NCBI GenBank assembly: GCA_050633305.1
Contig: JBOEGF010000010.1
Span: 224,001-288,000, forward strand
Direction of reading: 5' to 3'
Source of the DNA: Nannocystales bacterium
GTDB taxonomy: Bacteria; Myxococcota_A; Polyangia; Nannocystales; Nannocystaceae
DNA length: 64,000 bases
Program-made: the position numbers and the translations under genes
Notes under the pieces: model-generated
Databases searched by the model: none
Seen by the model: the letters and a program-made list of their open reading frames with translations, nothing else
Told to the model about the DNA's origin: nothing
Part shown: positions 17,248 to 28,544 of the stretch, piece by piece
How positions within the stretch are numbered: position 1 is the first letter of the stretch
Layout: every line of letters begins with the position of its first letter

Positions 17248-18630
17248 TCATCGCACCCGAGTGAGCGTGAGCTCCGGGAGAAACTCGAGTTCGCCCGACT
17301 CCGCGTCGAGACGCTCGCGAAAGAAGAGCAAGGTGTTTCCGTCGTCCTGAAGGGCGAAATCGTGGTTGAAGCGGTCTGTATCCGGTTCCTCTACGTACGA
17401 GTACGCCAGGGTCGAAGAGCCGCCGTGAATCTCGAACAGGTCTAGGGCTTCGGCCTCGAGCGCGTCGCCAAGCGACAGCCGCGAAGTCTCGAGACCCGCT
17501 GCGTACTCCGCCAAGACGATGTCGTCGATCGCGAAGGTCACCGCCACGCCATCGGTGGGGCTCTCGCGCCACAGTCCGACGAGTTCTTTGGGAACCTCGA
17601 TGCTGTCGGTCTTGCCGTCGCCCGGGTCGAAGATCGAGGTATCGAGTCGGGGCGCCGCTGGGACATCGACTGCGACGTGGTCCGATTCGGTGATCCGAAG
17701 GGCTTCTCGCAGCTCGCGGAGGTCCGGCTGCTGGTCCATCCAGTGCACTTTTTGGAGCGCGAGCGGATCGTCGCCCGTGAGCGCGGGGATGTCTGAGGCC
17801 GGTAACATGACGTACGTCGTCCACGACTCGGCGTAGTCCTCGTCCCCGTCGTCCCGCTCGGCGTAGCTGGTCACGAAGTCCCGGGTGAGGATCGGGGAGC
17901 CGTCCTCGGGGTACCCATCGCCCGGGCCCTGCACGTCGGGGAACGTGTCCAGGAACAAGAACCACGATTCGTCGACGAGACCGCGAAGGTGTCCGAACTC
18001 GTGCACGAGGCTCCAGTCGAACGTGCCTCGACGCGGTTCGAGTGGGGCGCAAGGGTCGTCCTGGTTGAGCGCGAAGTTCTCGACACTGAAGCCGATCTTC
18101 AGTCCCCGGCGTGTGGTGGTGATGTTGCCGTTGCGGTTGAAGTACGCGACGGGATCGGTATCCAGCGAAATGTCGAGTTGTACGAGGTCGAGCAGCTGGT
18201 TCTCGGGAATGCGCAGCATGACCTCCTGCCACAGTCGGAGGCCGCCCTCGGCCGCTGCAAGGTCGGTGACGTGCTTGCCGACGAGTTCATGTCCGTCCAC
18301 CTCAAACGTGGCGACAACGTCCGGCTCGTCGGCGTAGGCGAGGGCGGGGTTGTCCGGGATGTCGGTGAGCAGCAGCAGCGGGGGCGGAACGCAGCCGAGC
18401 GGGCTGCCCGTGTCGGCACCAGACTCGGACCCGCTGCTTTCCTCGCCTGGGCCAATGCTCGTGTTGTCGTCGTCGGAGGCCGTGGCGTCTGCTGTTTCAG
18501 ATCCGCTTGTGCCCGTGTCGGTCTCTTCTCGTGCCGGCTCCCCGGACGGCGCATCTGCGCCCGCGTCTCCGCAGGCGATGAGGATTCCGAGGAGTGGGAG
18601 CAGGAGGTTGGTTGGCGTGGGTGTGTTCAT
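17248..18630 (-). CDS. Putative zinc metallopeptidase lipoprotein
   Basis: Lipobox LLGILIAC; HEFGH; FVTSYA...EDYAESW third-ligand motif. Confidence 0.75.
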   Translation of the reverse strand: MNTPTPTNLLLPLLGILIACGDAGADAPSGEPAREETDTGTSGSETADATASDDDNTSIGPGEESSGSESGADTGSPLGCVPPPLLLLTDIPDNPALAYADEPDVVATFEVDGHELVGKHVTDLAAAEGGLRLWQEVMLRIPENQLLDLVQLDISLDTDPVAYFNRNGNITTTRRGLKIGFSVENFALNQDDPCAPLEPRRGTFDWSLVHEFGHLRGLVDESWFLFLDTFPDVQGPGDGYPEDGSPILTRDFVTSYAERDDGDEDYAESWTTYVMLPASDIPALTGDDPLALQKVHWMDQQPDLRELREALRITESDHVAVDVPAAPRLDTSIFDPGDGKTDSIEVPKELVGLWRESPTDGVAVTFAIDDIVLAEYAAGLETSRLSLGDALEAEALDLFEIHGGSSTLAYSYVEEPDTDRFNHDFALQDDGNTLLFFRERLDAESGELEFLPELTLTRVR

Positions 18631-18860
18631 CGTGAGGCGTCGGGGCGCGGCCCCTCGTTCCACCGACACATCGCCGGTCGGGGGGTGTTGCGTCACAGAT
18701 TTTCCGCGGTGACTCGACCACCGATTGGTATCGCCGTCGTCTTGGAGCCCCCAGAGCGAGCCCGCGATCTTCCTGCGCTCGGCCCTTTCGGGAAGAAAAC
18801 CGTCTGCGAGGGGTGATTCAAGGTGGCAGGATCGTCTCGCCGACGTTACGTGGACCAGCG

Positions 18861-20297
18861 ATGCTCACCACCTCCGGTCTCAGAAGCGCCCTCCTGATGA
18901 TGTCGACATGCGCCCTCCTGGCGTGTGGCGATGACACTCCTCCGAGCGAAACGGCGTCGGGAGGCTCGTCTTCCTCAGATGGGACGTCGAGTCCTGGGTC
19001 GTCGAGCACGTCGGGTCCAACGGCCGGCGCGGAGACGACCGGATCCGAGACCTCGTCCGGGGCGGAGACCACATCAGGGGCAGAAACCACATCAGGGGCA
19101 GAGACCACAACGGGGTCGGCCGAGTCGTCCAGTACCGGAGTCTCTGGGGTCTGCGGAGACGGGGCTATCGATGACGCGGAAGACTGCGACGACGCGGGAG
19201 AGTCCGCGGCCTGCAACGCCGACTGTACGGTTGCAGCGTGCGGGGATGGGGTCGCCAACGAGACCGCTGGGGAAGCGTGCGATGACGGCGGTGATTCGAT
19301 GACGTGTGACGCCGACTGCACCGTGGCAGAGTGCGGCGATGCTGTCGTGAACAACGCGGCGGGCGAGGACTGTGAAGACGGAAACGACGACAATACGGAT
19401 GCGTGCGTCGCGTGCGTCGATGCTTCTTGCGGTGATGGATTCGTCCAGGCGGGTGTTGAGGCTTGCGACGACGGGAACAACGACGACGATGATGGGTGCA
19501 GTGCCCTTTGCGAGGTCGAATCGGCTGGCCAGCTGTTCCTGACCAGCTCCAACGGGACGGCGGGGTTCTATGGGTATGACATCGCTGGGGATAGCTGGGA
19601 GACGCTCACATCTCCTCCTGCAGTCAGCTACTCTCAGCTGACCAACGATGGCACCAATGTGTTCTTGCTGGGCTCAGACAACACGATCTACAGCTACGAC
19701 ATCGCCGGCGATAGCTGGACCGCGGGTATCACAGGACCAGGATCCGCATCGCAACCGATCGGGTTCTTCCAATGGTTCCCAGACGGGTTCTACTACCTGA
19801 ACGACGGTGGAACGACGATGTCGGTGTACCGGGGGGTGGCATGGGACACGTTCGAGCTGGACGTGACGGGCTCTTGCTCGGGGAGCTACGACGCCGAGAA
19901 CGACGAACTCTATATCCGGCAGTTTGGCCAGGCGGGATTCCGTGTCATCGATACGACGGACGACAGCATCGTTCGCATGATCGACGATGCAACATCGGTC
20001 GGAGAAAACAGCCGCACCGGGACCTACTACGGCGGGAACTTCTATACCCGCGAATTCTCGGGGCCCATTCTGCGCCTCGATAGCACGACTGGCGCGGCAA
20101 CGGACACGCTGGCGACCCCGGTGTCGGGTCACACCGGGACCGACGTCGACCTCGCGACGGGCCTCATTTACATCTCCGGCTACGGGTCAGACCCCACATC
20201 GTTCCAGGTGTTTGACACGGCCACGGACACGATCTCGACCTTGGCCGACCAGCCGACGCTCTCGAACCACTCGACCATCACGGTGATGCGACCGTAG
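18861..20297 (+). CDS. Lipoprotein with Myxococcus-type cysteine-rich repeats (DUF4215-like) and a C-terminal beta-propeller
   Basis: Lipobox ALLAC; four CGDG/A...ECDDG-type repeats; repeated YDIAGDSW blades. Confidence 0.85.
   Translation: MLTTSGLRSALLMMSTCALLACGDDTPPSETASGGSSSSDGTSSPGSSSTSGPTAGAETTGSETSSGAETTSGAETTSGAETTTGSAESSSTGVSGVCGDGAIDDAEDCDDAGESAACNADCTVAACGDGVANETAGEACDDGGDSMTCDADCTVAECGDAVVNNAAGEDCEDGNDDNTDACVACVDASCGDGFVQAGVEACDDGNNDDDDGCSALCEVESAGQLFLTSSNGTAGFYGYDIAGDSWETLTSPPAVSYSQLTNDGTNVFLLGSDNTIYSYDIAGDSWTAGITGPGSASQPIGFFQWFPDGFYYLNDGGTTMSVYRGVAWDTFELDVTGSCSGSYDAENDELYIRQFGQAGFRVIDTTDDSIVRMIDDATSVGENSRTGTYYGGNFYTREFSGPILRLDSTTGAATDTLATPVSGHTGTDVDLATGLIYISGYGSDPTSFQVFDTATDTISTLADQPTLSNHSTITVMRP
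19056..19109 (+). repeat. Three in-frame 18-nt tandem repeats (SGAETT linker)
   Basis: TCMGGGGCRGARACCACA x3. Confidence 0.85.
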
Positions 20298-20452
20298 CTT
20301 CGGCCGTCTCGGGCTCGTCCACCGCTCTCGCAGGGTCGGAGCAGCGGTGGACCGGGCTACGTTTGCGACGTCGTCTGACCCAAGCTCACCGCCGCGGCCC
20401 GCGGAATCCCGTGCGGATCGTGGCTGCGTGGCCTACAACGGGCGACGCGCGC

Positions 20453-20926
20453 ATGTCTGAGCCCTGTATGAAAATCGTCTTGGTGACGCCCGAGATTCCG
20501 TACAACACGGGCGCGATCGGGCGCACGTGTGTGGCGTTGAATCTCGAGCTGATCCTCATCAAGCCGTACGGCTTCTCGCTCGACGAGAAGGCCGTGCGGC
20601 GCTCGGGTCAAGACTACTGGAAGCACGTGCGCCTTCACGAGTACGAGAGCTGGCAAGGCTTCTTGAGTGATAGGAGGCCGCCGCGCGAGAAACTCTACTT
20701 CTTCGAGGAACACGGCGCGCAGAGTGTCTACGCGCCGGAGTTCCAGGAGGACGCGTATCTGGTGTTCGGTTGCGAATCCAAAGGCCTTCCCCAGGACGTG
20801 TTGGGTGGCATGGACGACCGCGTGTTCCATCTGCCGATGCGCAATCCGCTTGTCCGCTCGTTGAACTTGGCGAACGTCGCGACGGCGGTGGTCTATCAGG
20901 CGATGCGCACCCAGCTGGGCGGTTGA
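20453..20926 (+). CDS. trmL: tRNA (cytidine34-2'-O)-methyltransferase
   Basis: PEIPYNTGAIGRTC, VFGCESKGL, VRSLNLAN SPOUT motifs. Confidence 0.93.
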   Translation: MSEPCMKIVLVTPEIPYNTGAIGRTCVALNLELILIKPYGFSLDEKAVRRSGQDYWKHVRLHEYESWQGFLSDRRPPREKLYFFEEHGAQSVYAPEFQEDAYLVFGCESKGLPQDVLGGMDDRVFHLPMRNPLVRSLNLANVATAVVYQAMRTQLGG

Positions 20927-20931
20927 ACTGG

Positions 20932-22470
20932 TTAGGGCGCGAGCTTCGGGAAGAACGCGGCGGAGAGGGTCCAGCCATCCCAGCTCAGGGGACGTACACG
21001 CTGTGAGGGGAGGTCGACCAGCAGCTGCATGCTGTCGGGGTCCTCGACGTCGAGCCCGATCAGTTTGTTCGGCAGCTCGAGCGTCCTGTGAAGCGAGAGG
21101 GGGCCCTCGCTTGTCTCGATGCGGCGTACGCTGGCTTCCCACTGGGGAAGTTCCCCGGGCGTGGTAGGAGACCAGTGCGCCGTCTGCTGGACCCCGTCGC
21201 GGGTGCAGAAGAACCAGAACGTGGTCTCTTGGTCGCTGCTGATTACCGTGGGGGAATCGGGGTCGCAGCTGGAGATGTCGAGCTCGAAGGGCACCGTCTC
21301 GGGGGTCGACCCATCGAGGGCAAACCATACGAGCCGGACCGCCGTGTCGTCGCGCATCACGGTGCCGCCGGCGAGTCCCAGGGGGCCGATGTAGGACGGA
21401 CCGAGCATCCACTCGTCGGGCCCGAGCTGAGCCACCACGCGCGGAGCCTCAGTTGAAAGCGGGTCGACCATCGCGTAGCCGTGCTGTGCGTCGGTTTCGA
21501 ACGCGTAGATGAGTTCGGCCCCCGTCGTGCTGAGTCGACGCGGCTGTGCGGGGAGCGACGAAATATCGAGTTCCGCCGTGACGAGGTTGTCGTCGAGTTC
21601 GTGAATCACGAGCAAGTTCGTCATCGGCTCCCAGCCGTCGTGCTCGCCGACGACGATGGCGTCGTCCAGCCGAACCGTCGTCGCGCTCGAGAGCTCGAGC
21701 GTGGGGCTGAGCGTGCCCAGGTACATATCGGCAGCTCGATCGACGTCGTACGCACGAACCTCGGGCGGCTCGTCTGGCGTGATGTAGACCAACCGGTGCC
21801 CGAGGGGCTCAAAGAGGTAGCCGTGGCGGTCGAGGCTGACGTGTCGATGGACCGTGGCCATGCCCTCGGGATCGTCGAGGTCGATGATGCGCAGTGTGGT
21901 TCCGTTCGCATCGCGGGCGGAGACGACGTACCGATGCTCGTCGATACGAGAACTGCCGCCCGCTCGCTCGTCGGGGAGTTCGAGGGGAACGGGTCGCAGG
22001 GCATCGCCGCGAGGGTCGAGCACGAGCGTCCGCACGGTTCCCCATGCCACGGGCAACTCCGGAGTGAAGGAGACGCCAAACCCGGACGCGTAGCTCCATA
22101 TCGGGCAGTGGGTGAGCCGGTTTGGCCCGAGCGATGTCGGTTTGAACCCGAAGGTTTCTCCGTCGTCGAAGAACGCGTCCATGACGTAGCCGGAGTCCGG
22201 TGATCCACGCAGCACCGAGGCGTGCGGGCCCGGGCACAAGACGAGGGCGCCAGCGGGCTCAGGGCCGTACAGCACGACATCCTCGCCGGGCTCAGGGCTG
22301 AGCTCGTGGGCGATGACCCGCTCCTGGGAGCCGTCGTCCGACTGCTGGAGAAGGATGGCCCAGGGATCGGCCATTCGATCGACGGTGGGGTCATCCCCGG
22401 TCTCGACGAGGCTGTCACTGCACCCAACGCACACGAACAGCATCGCGGCTGGGAAACTGATGCTGCGCAT
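20932..22470 (-). CDS. Uncharacterised beta-rich lipoprotein
   Basis: Lipobox VCVGC; propeller-like composition. Confidence 0.6.
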   Translation of the reverse strand: MRSISFPAAMLFVCVGCSDSLVETGDDPTVDRMADPWAILLQQSDDGSQERVIAHELSPEPGEDVVLYGPEPAGALVLCPGPHASVLRGSPDSGYVMDAFFDDGETFGFKPTSLGPNRLTHCPIWSYASGFGVSFTPELPVAWGTVRTLVLDPRGDALRPVPLELPDERAGGSSRIDEHRYVVSARDANGTTLRIIDLDDPEGMATVHRHVSLDRHGYLFEPLGHRLVYITPDEPPEVRAYDVDRAADMYLGTLSPTLELSSATTVRLDDAIVVGEHDGWEPMTNLLVIHELDDNLVTAELDISSLPAQPRRLSTTGAELIYAFETDAQHGYAMVDPLSTEAPRVVAQLGPDEWMLGPSYIGPLGLAGGTVMRDDTAVRLVWFALDGSTPETVPFELDISSCDPDSPTVISSDQETTFWFFCTRDGVQQTAHWSPTTPGELPQWEASVRRIETSEGPLSLHRTLELPNKLIGLDVEDPDSMQLLVDLPSQRVRPLSWDGWTLSAAFFPKLAP

Positions 22471-22612
22471 GGACGTTGGCAGCCTACCAAGCCGCTGCGT
22501 ATCCCTGCTGCATCGTGAGCCCCGAGGGACAGGTCTCCGCCCCTTCACCGACCGGCCGGTCTCTCGGGGCCGACGAGCGTCGACAGAGACCGTTTTGCGG
22601 ATCCGTTTAGGC

Positions 22613-23722
<1,110 letters not shown>

Positions 23723-24084
23723 AGATCCGGCACGCTATCAGGGTGCGCGGCTTGTGGCGCATCGGCGTTGCGCGCAACGTGTTGCACAGTTGACGCAGGT
23801 TCGGGGGCGGCCCGAGCTTTCTCACTACTGCGAGCGGGGCGCAGCAGCGGAAGTCGCAGAGAGAGCCGTTCAGACGCCTCGAGGGTGGGGACTTGCCACG
23901 TTCGGATTTCGAGGCGGCGCAGTCGCAGGCGCAGGTTCGCGCCGTCATCCGCAGGACAGAATCGATGCGCGGCGGGGGCGTGATCCGCGTTGGCGGGTGG
24001 TGGGCGAGTTGGAGGTCTCGGCGCCAATGCGATTCGCTCGCGCGGTGGCGTGGACGCACCACGCGAGCGTGATCGTTGCCTCCG

Positions 24085-25194
24085 TCAGCGCTTTCGGCCG
24101 CGTTTGGCTCGCATGGTGGCGCGGATCAACTTGCTGAACTTGCGCTCGTGGGCTCGGCGCTCGTGTTCGACCAACTGGTGGGCTGTGCCACGTTGCTCGT
24201 CACGAAGTCCGAGCCACGAATCCACCCGGCGTCGGTCGAGCTCTCCTCGTTCAATGCCCGCCGCGATTGCACAATGGGGTTCTCCATCATGGCGACAATC
24301 CCCGAACCGGCAGTCGCGTGCCCGCTCGACCAGGTCCGCGAACGTTTGCTCGACGCCCGCCGCGTCCCCCCAAAGGCCAACCTCCCGCAGTCCAGGTGTG
24401 TCGATGATGAGCAACCGCCGGCCCGGAACCTCGAAGAGCTCGCGATGGCTCGTGGTGTGGCGGCCCTTGCCGTGCGCGTCGCTTGTGACTCCGGTTCGCA
24501 TCGCCTCTCCACCGCTGAGGTGATTGAGCAGGGTTGACTTTCCGACCCCCGAGGACCCGACCAGCGCGACGGTGGGCGACCAGTCCGACGCCTGCTGAAG
24601 GAGGCCGTCCAACTCGTCGCAACCGATCCCCTCGAGAACGTCGAGCACGATCACGGGAACGCCGAGTGCCACGTCGCGGACGGCAGCAAGCCGGGCTTCC
24701 CGCTCTTCGCCGTCGAGGAGACCTGCTTTGGTCAGGACGACGAGCGGCTGGGCTCCCCCGGCATGGACCAAGCTGAGCCATCGCTCGAGCCTGGGCAGGC
24801 GAAAGTCGCGGTCGAGGCCCATGCAGACCAGCACCAGGTCGACGTTGGCAGCCAGGACTTGCCCGCGGTGTGTCGTGTTTGCGGCACGCCTCGTCAGGGC
24901 GGTGAAGCGAGGCAACACCGACTGTATGCTGAGCGCTCCTCGCTGCGTTCGCGTGAGGACCCAGTCTCCGACGACCGGCGATGCTTTGCGTCTGACGCGC
25001 TTGGGTGTGTGGGCGTGGACCTCACCGGACGTGCCCCAAAGGGTGCATCCGTCGGCATTGACACGGACGACACGGGATACATCCGTGTCGTCGTTGTCGG
25101 GAGCTTGAAGCCTCGCGTGTTCCACGTGCGGGCCGAAACCCAGGCAAGCGAGGGGGTGAGGGGAAGGGCGGGTGTTGTTGTTGGATGTGTTCAT
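24085..25194 (-). CDS. rsgA: Ribosome small subunit-dependent GTPase A
   Basis: Circularly permuted GTPase motifs LTKA, GSSGVGKSTL, GRHTT, DTPG; CRFGDCRHDGEPHC Zn finger. Confidence 0.92.
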   Translation of the reverse strand: MNTSNNNTRPSPHPLACLGFGPHVEHARLQAPDNDDTDVSRVVRVNADGCTLWGTSGEVHAHTPKRVRRKASPVVGDWVLTRTQRGALSIQSVLPRFTALTRRAANTTHRGQVLAANVDLVLVCMGLDRDFRLPRLERWLSLVHAGGAQPLVVLTKAGLLDGEEREARLAAVRDVALGVPVIVLDVLEGIGCDELDGLLQQASDWSPTVALVGSSGVGKSTLLNHLSGGEAMRTGVTSDAHGKGRHTTSHRELFEVPGRRLLIIDTPGLREVGLWGDAAGVEQTFADLVERARDCRFGDCRHDGEPHCAIAAGIERGELDRRRVDSWLGLRDEQRGTAHQLVEHERRAHERKFSKLIRATMRAKRGRKR

Positions 25195-25435
25195 GAGCGT
25201 CACCAAGCCCGAGCGTCTGCAGGACGTGGCGAGGGGCGACGCACGGTCGCGCTCGGGCATGGCCACATCCAAGCTCGCGGATCACACGGCGATGGCCATG
25301 TGACGGCTGCGTCGGCGCACTCGGGCTGGGCGGAACCACGGCTCAGCGCACGCACCCAGAATCCGGGGCACATGGCTAAACTCGGCACCGCGCGCACGAG
25401 CGCGCGGGATCAGGCGACGGCGGTCATGAGCCAAC

Positions 25436-25464
25436 AGGATGACGCGGTGAATCGGCCCTCGCAA
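25436..25464 (-). promoter_or_regulatory. Candidate sigma70-type promoter for the rsgA leader
   Basis: TTGCGA-N17-CATCCT on the minus strand, 8 nt before the uORF ATG. Confidence 0.4.
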
Positions 25465-25566
25465 GCGGGGCTGCCCTTGCGTGATTCTCGCGGGAGGGGA
25501 TCGTGAAGGCGCCGCCAGGGCGGGCTCACGAGACGGCCGAGACCCCCTGAGGTACGGTCGCTGCCG

Positions 25567-26313
25567 ATGTCGGACGCTCCGCGCACCCGGATCAACAAGT
25601 ACCTCAGCGAGGTCGGTTACTGCTCGCGCCGTGCGGCGGACAAGCTGATCGAGCAGGGCCGGGTCACCATCAACGGCAAGGTCCCCGAGATGGGGACGAA
25701 GATCGGACCCGAGGATGCGGTTGCCGTTGACGGCATCGCGGTCTCCGCGGAGTCGAAGGCCAACAAGAGGGTCTACCTGGCCTTCAACAAGCCCGTTGGG
25801 ATCGTCTGTACGACCGATACTCGGGTCGAGCCGGACAACATCATCGACTACATCAACTATCCCTCTCGAATCTTCCCGATCGGGCGGCTCGACAAGATGA
25901 GCCAGGGGCTGATCTTCCTGACCGATGACGGTGACATCGTCAACAAGATCCTGCGCGCCCGAAACAACCACGAGAAGGAGTACATCGTCACGGTCAACAA
26001 GCCGGTGACCGCGGAGTTCGTGAAGCGCATGGGTGCGGGCGTCCCAATCCTCGAGACGGTCACCAAGCCTTGCAAGGTTGAGAAGCTGAGCAAGAACGTG
26101 TTTCGCATCGTCTTGCAGCAGGGGCTCAACCGACAGATCCGGCGCATGTGCGAGTACCTCGACTATCGAGTGGCCAAGCTCGAACGGGTCCGGATCATGA
26201 ACATCAAGCTGGATGTCCCAATCGGGCAATGGCGCGACTTCACCGACGAGGAACTCGCCGAGCTGTTCCGGCTGTGCGAGACGTCGGCCAAGACCTACGA
26301 CGGGCCGGCCTGA
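25567..26313 (+). CDS. rluF: 23S rRNA pseudouridine synthase F
   Basis: S4 domain; GRLDK catalytic Asp; [25 protein letters not shown]. Confidence 0.9.
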   Translation: MSDAPRTRINKYLSEVGYCSRRAADKLIEQGRVTINGKVPEMGTKIGPEDAVAVDGIAVSAESKANKRVYLAFNKPVGIVCTTDTRVEPDNIIDYINYPSRIFPIGRLDKMSQGLIFLTDDGDIVNKILRARNNHEKEYIVTVNKPVTAEFVKRMGAGVPILETVTKPCKVEKLSKNVFRIVLQQGLNRQIRRMCEYLDYRVAKLERVRIMNIKLDVPIGQWRDFTDEELAELFRLCETSAKTYDGPA

Positions 26314-26370
26314 AGCGCATCATTTGCCGGGAGGCGGCGGCATGAAGGTGTCACATCTGGGCTGCAGACC

Positions 26371-26793
26371 ATGGATGTGAAACAGATCATGACCACGACT
26401 CTGGTGACCGCCTCGGTGAACGACACCGTGGGGCACGCCCTGCGTCTGCTTGAAGACCAGGAGATCCGGCACCTGCCGATCGTCAACGGCAAGAAGTTGG
26501 TCGGGATGGTGAGCGACCGCGACCTCCGCGAGTATCGCCTGCCGCTGTTGGTGGAGCTCAACGAGCCGACCCGTGCGGATTCGATGCTCAAGACACCGCT
26601 CTTCGAGTTGATGAAGGAAGCGGTTCTGGCCTTGGAGACTCACGAGACGCTCGTGCACGCCATCGACCTGTTGCTTCAGTATGGCGTTGGAGCAGCACCG
26701 GTGGTAGAGCGCGACAGTGACGACCTCGTGGGCATCGTCAGCTATGTGGACGTCCTGCGGGCGTTGCGGCCGATTGCCGCTGGCGACGACTGA
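26371..26793 (+). CDS. CBS domain pair protein
   Basis: IRHLPIV...LVGMVSDRDL; LVGIVSYVDVL. Confidence 0.9.
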   Translation: MDVKQIMTTTLVTASVNDTVGHALRLLEDQEIRHLPIVNGKKLVGMVSDRDLREYRLPLLVELNEPTRADSMLKTPLFELMKEAVLALETHETLVHAIDLLLQYGVGAAPVVERDSDDLVGIVSYVDVLRALRPIAAGDD

Positions 26794-26814
26794 GTCCGCC
26801 CGTGGGGGGCCGCG

Positions 26815-27372
26815 GTGATCGTGTTGCTGAACAAGCCCTTCGGGGTTCTGAGTCAGTTCACGACTCAAGAAGGCCACCGGACACTCGCCGATCTCGTTGA
26901 CGTACCGGGCGTCTACGCGGCCGGTCGTCTCGACAAGGACTCCGAGGGCCTGTTGGTGCTGACGGACGACGGAAAGCTTCAGCATGCGATCGCCTCCCCC
27001 AAGGCTCGCAGCAAGTTGCCGAAGACGTATTGGGTGCAGGTGGAACGCGAGCCCGACGACGCGGCTCTGGGTGCTCTGCGCCGTGGGGTCGAGCTCAAAG
27101 ATGGGCGGACTCGACCCGCCAAGGTTCGCCGAATGGAGCCGCCACAGCTGTGGCCACGCAACCCTCCGATCCGACAGCGCAAGTCGATCCCGACCGCGTG
27201 GATCGAGGTCGTGTTGACCGAGGGTCGCAATCGCCAAGTTCGACGGATGACCGCCCACGTCGGCTTTCCAACCCTGCGGTTGGTCCGTTCCGCAATCGGC
27301 CCCTGGACCGTCGAGGGATTGGCGCCCGGGGCCTGGCGAGAGGCGGACGGCGGTGGAACCGGACTCCGTTGA
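26815..27372 (+). CDS. rluE: 23S rRNA pseudouridine synthase E-like
   Basis: [36 protein letters not shown]. Confidence 0.88.
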   Translation: MIVLLNKPFGVLSQFTTQEGHRTLADLVDVPGVYAAGRLDKDSEGLLVLTDDGKLQHAIASPKARSKLPKTYWVQVEREPDDAALGALRRGVELKDGRTRPAKVRRMEPPQLWPRNPPIRQRKSIPTAWIEVVLTEGRNRQVRRMTAHVGFPTLRLVRSAIGPWTVEGLAPGAWREADGGGTGLR

Positions 27373-27461
27373 GAGGACGCCAGGGCCCAGCCTTGGAGCC
27401 GGGCTGGCGCGATTCGCCGAGAATTTCGGCGGGTCGCTCGCGGTCGCTACGGTCCCGCTCT

Positions 27462-28409
27462 ATGGCATGGATGCTAGGTGTTCCGTTTGTAGTGGCTCTT
27501 GGTTCGGTTGCGACTCAGCCGGCGTTGGATGACGATGGGTCCGCAGACGCCGAGGCTGGAGTGGTTCCGGAGGTCGGGACAGCAACGGGTACAGACGCCG
27601 ATGTGTCGGCAGATGCCGACGCGAGTGCGGACTGGCAGGCCGCGAGCGTTGACACGGGAGCGGAGGAGGACACGTCCGAGGAGACCTTCGAGGAGTCCGG
27701 TTCTTCCGGCGTCACCGGGTCGTTGAGTACCTCGACCGCGTCCGACGACGAGCTCGCCCCTATCGCAACGGCCACCGTGGAGTCTGGCGGTGGCGGCATC
27801 GATCCATTCGATGGTCGGCTTGGCGTGGGGGCGATTCGCACGATCGCGGGTCTCAACGGGATCAACCTGCGCTACTTCGTCACCGACAACTTCGCGATCG
27901 GTGGCAGCGCGGGGGTGGCGCTGTTCAGCTACAGCGAGAACGACCCCGAATCCACCGACCCGGTGTGTCCCGACCCGGAGTGTCGCCTCGAAGACTCTCG
28001 GACGGTCGCGTTCATGGCGTTCAACGTCGAGGGCTTGTACTTCCTCCATCTCGGTCGCGAAGCTGGCGCGCTTCCCTTTCGAGCCGACTTCGGGCTCGGC
28101 GGACGCTTCGGTGTGATGACATCGGCCAATGCTTCGGACGTCAGCAACAACCTTGATGACCCGACCGAGCTGCACATCGAGATCCCGCTCGTGTTTCAGC
28201 TGATGTTCGGGAACAACTTTGCGCTTTCGCCGGAACTCGGGATGGATTTCCGAATCATCCCTGGAAGCCGGGAAGACGGCGACTCCAACCCCGGCGTGAC
28301 CGGGACCGGCGTTGGCGGCTTTGGGGCCGTGGCAGGCCCCGGGTTCGGTTGGGATCTAACCCCAGGCGTCGGTCTCTTCGGCGGCGCCTCGATGCACTAC
28401 TACTTCTAG
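27462..28409 (+). CDS. Outer-membrane beta-barrel protein with acidic N-terminal linker
   Basis: Signal-like N terminus; alternating beta strands; C-terminal HYYF. Confidence 0.7.
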   Translation: MAWMLGVPFVVALGSVATQPALDDDGSADAEAGVVPEVGTATGTDADVSADADASADWQAASVDTGAEEDTSEETFEESGSSGVTGSLSTSTASDDELAPIATATVESGGGGIDPFDGRLGVGAIRTIAGLNGINLRYFVTDNFAIGGSAGVALFSYSENDPESTDPVCPDPECRLEDSRTVAFMAFNVEGLYFLHLGREAGALPFRADFGLGGRFGVMTSANASDVSNNLDDPTELHIEIPLVFQLMFGNNFALSPELGMDFRIIPGSREDGDSNPGVTGTGVGGFGAVAGPGFGWDLTPGVGLFGGASMHYYF

Positions 28410-28544
28410 TCGACACTCGCGTCATCCGGTCGAAGGGCTCGCTCGACCGCGGCTCGCGACGGGGTGCCCCGGCGCGCGGGACACCTGGCTTTTCTCGGTG
28501 GAGCGCGTAACGGATTCGCCCCCGCGACCGTACTCGGACGTGCG

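Noticed and set aside
16070..18232. 720-aa ORF, and similarly extended ORFs 13563-15014, 9033-10109, 9730-10848, 53290-54531 and 53559-55286
   Set aside because: The N-terminal extensions overlap real genes in other frames and have low-complexity Arg/Pro composition typical of high-GC shadow ORFs; no frameshift needs to be invoked
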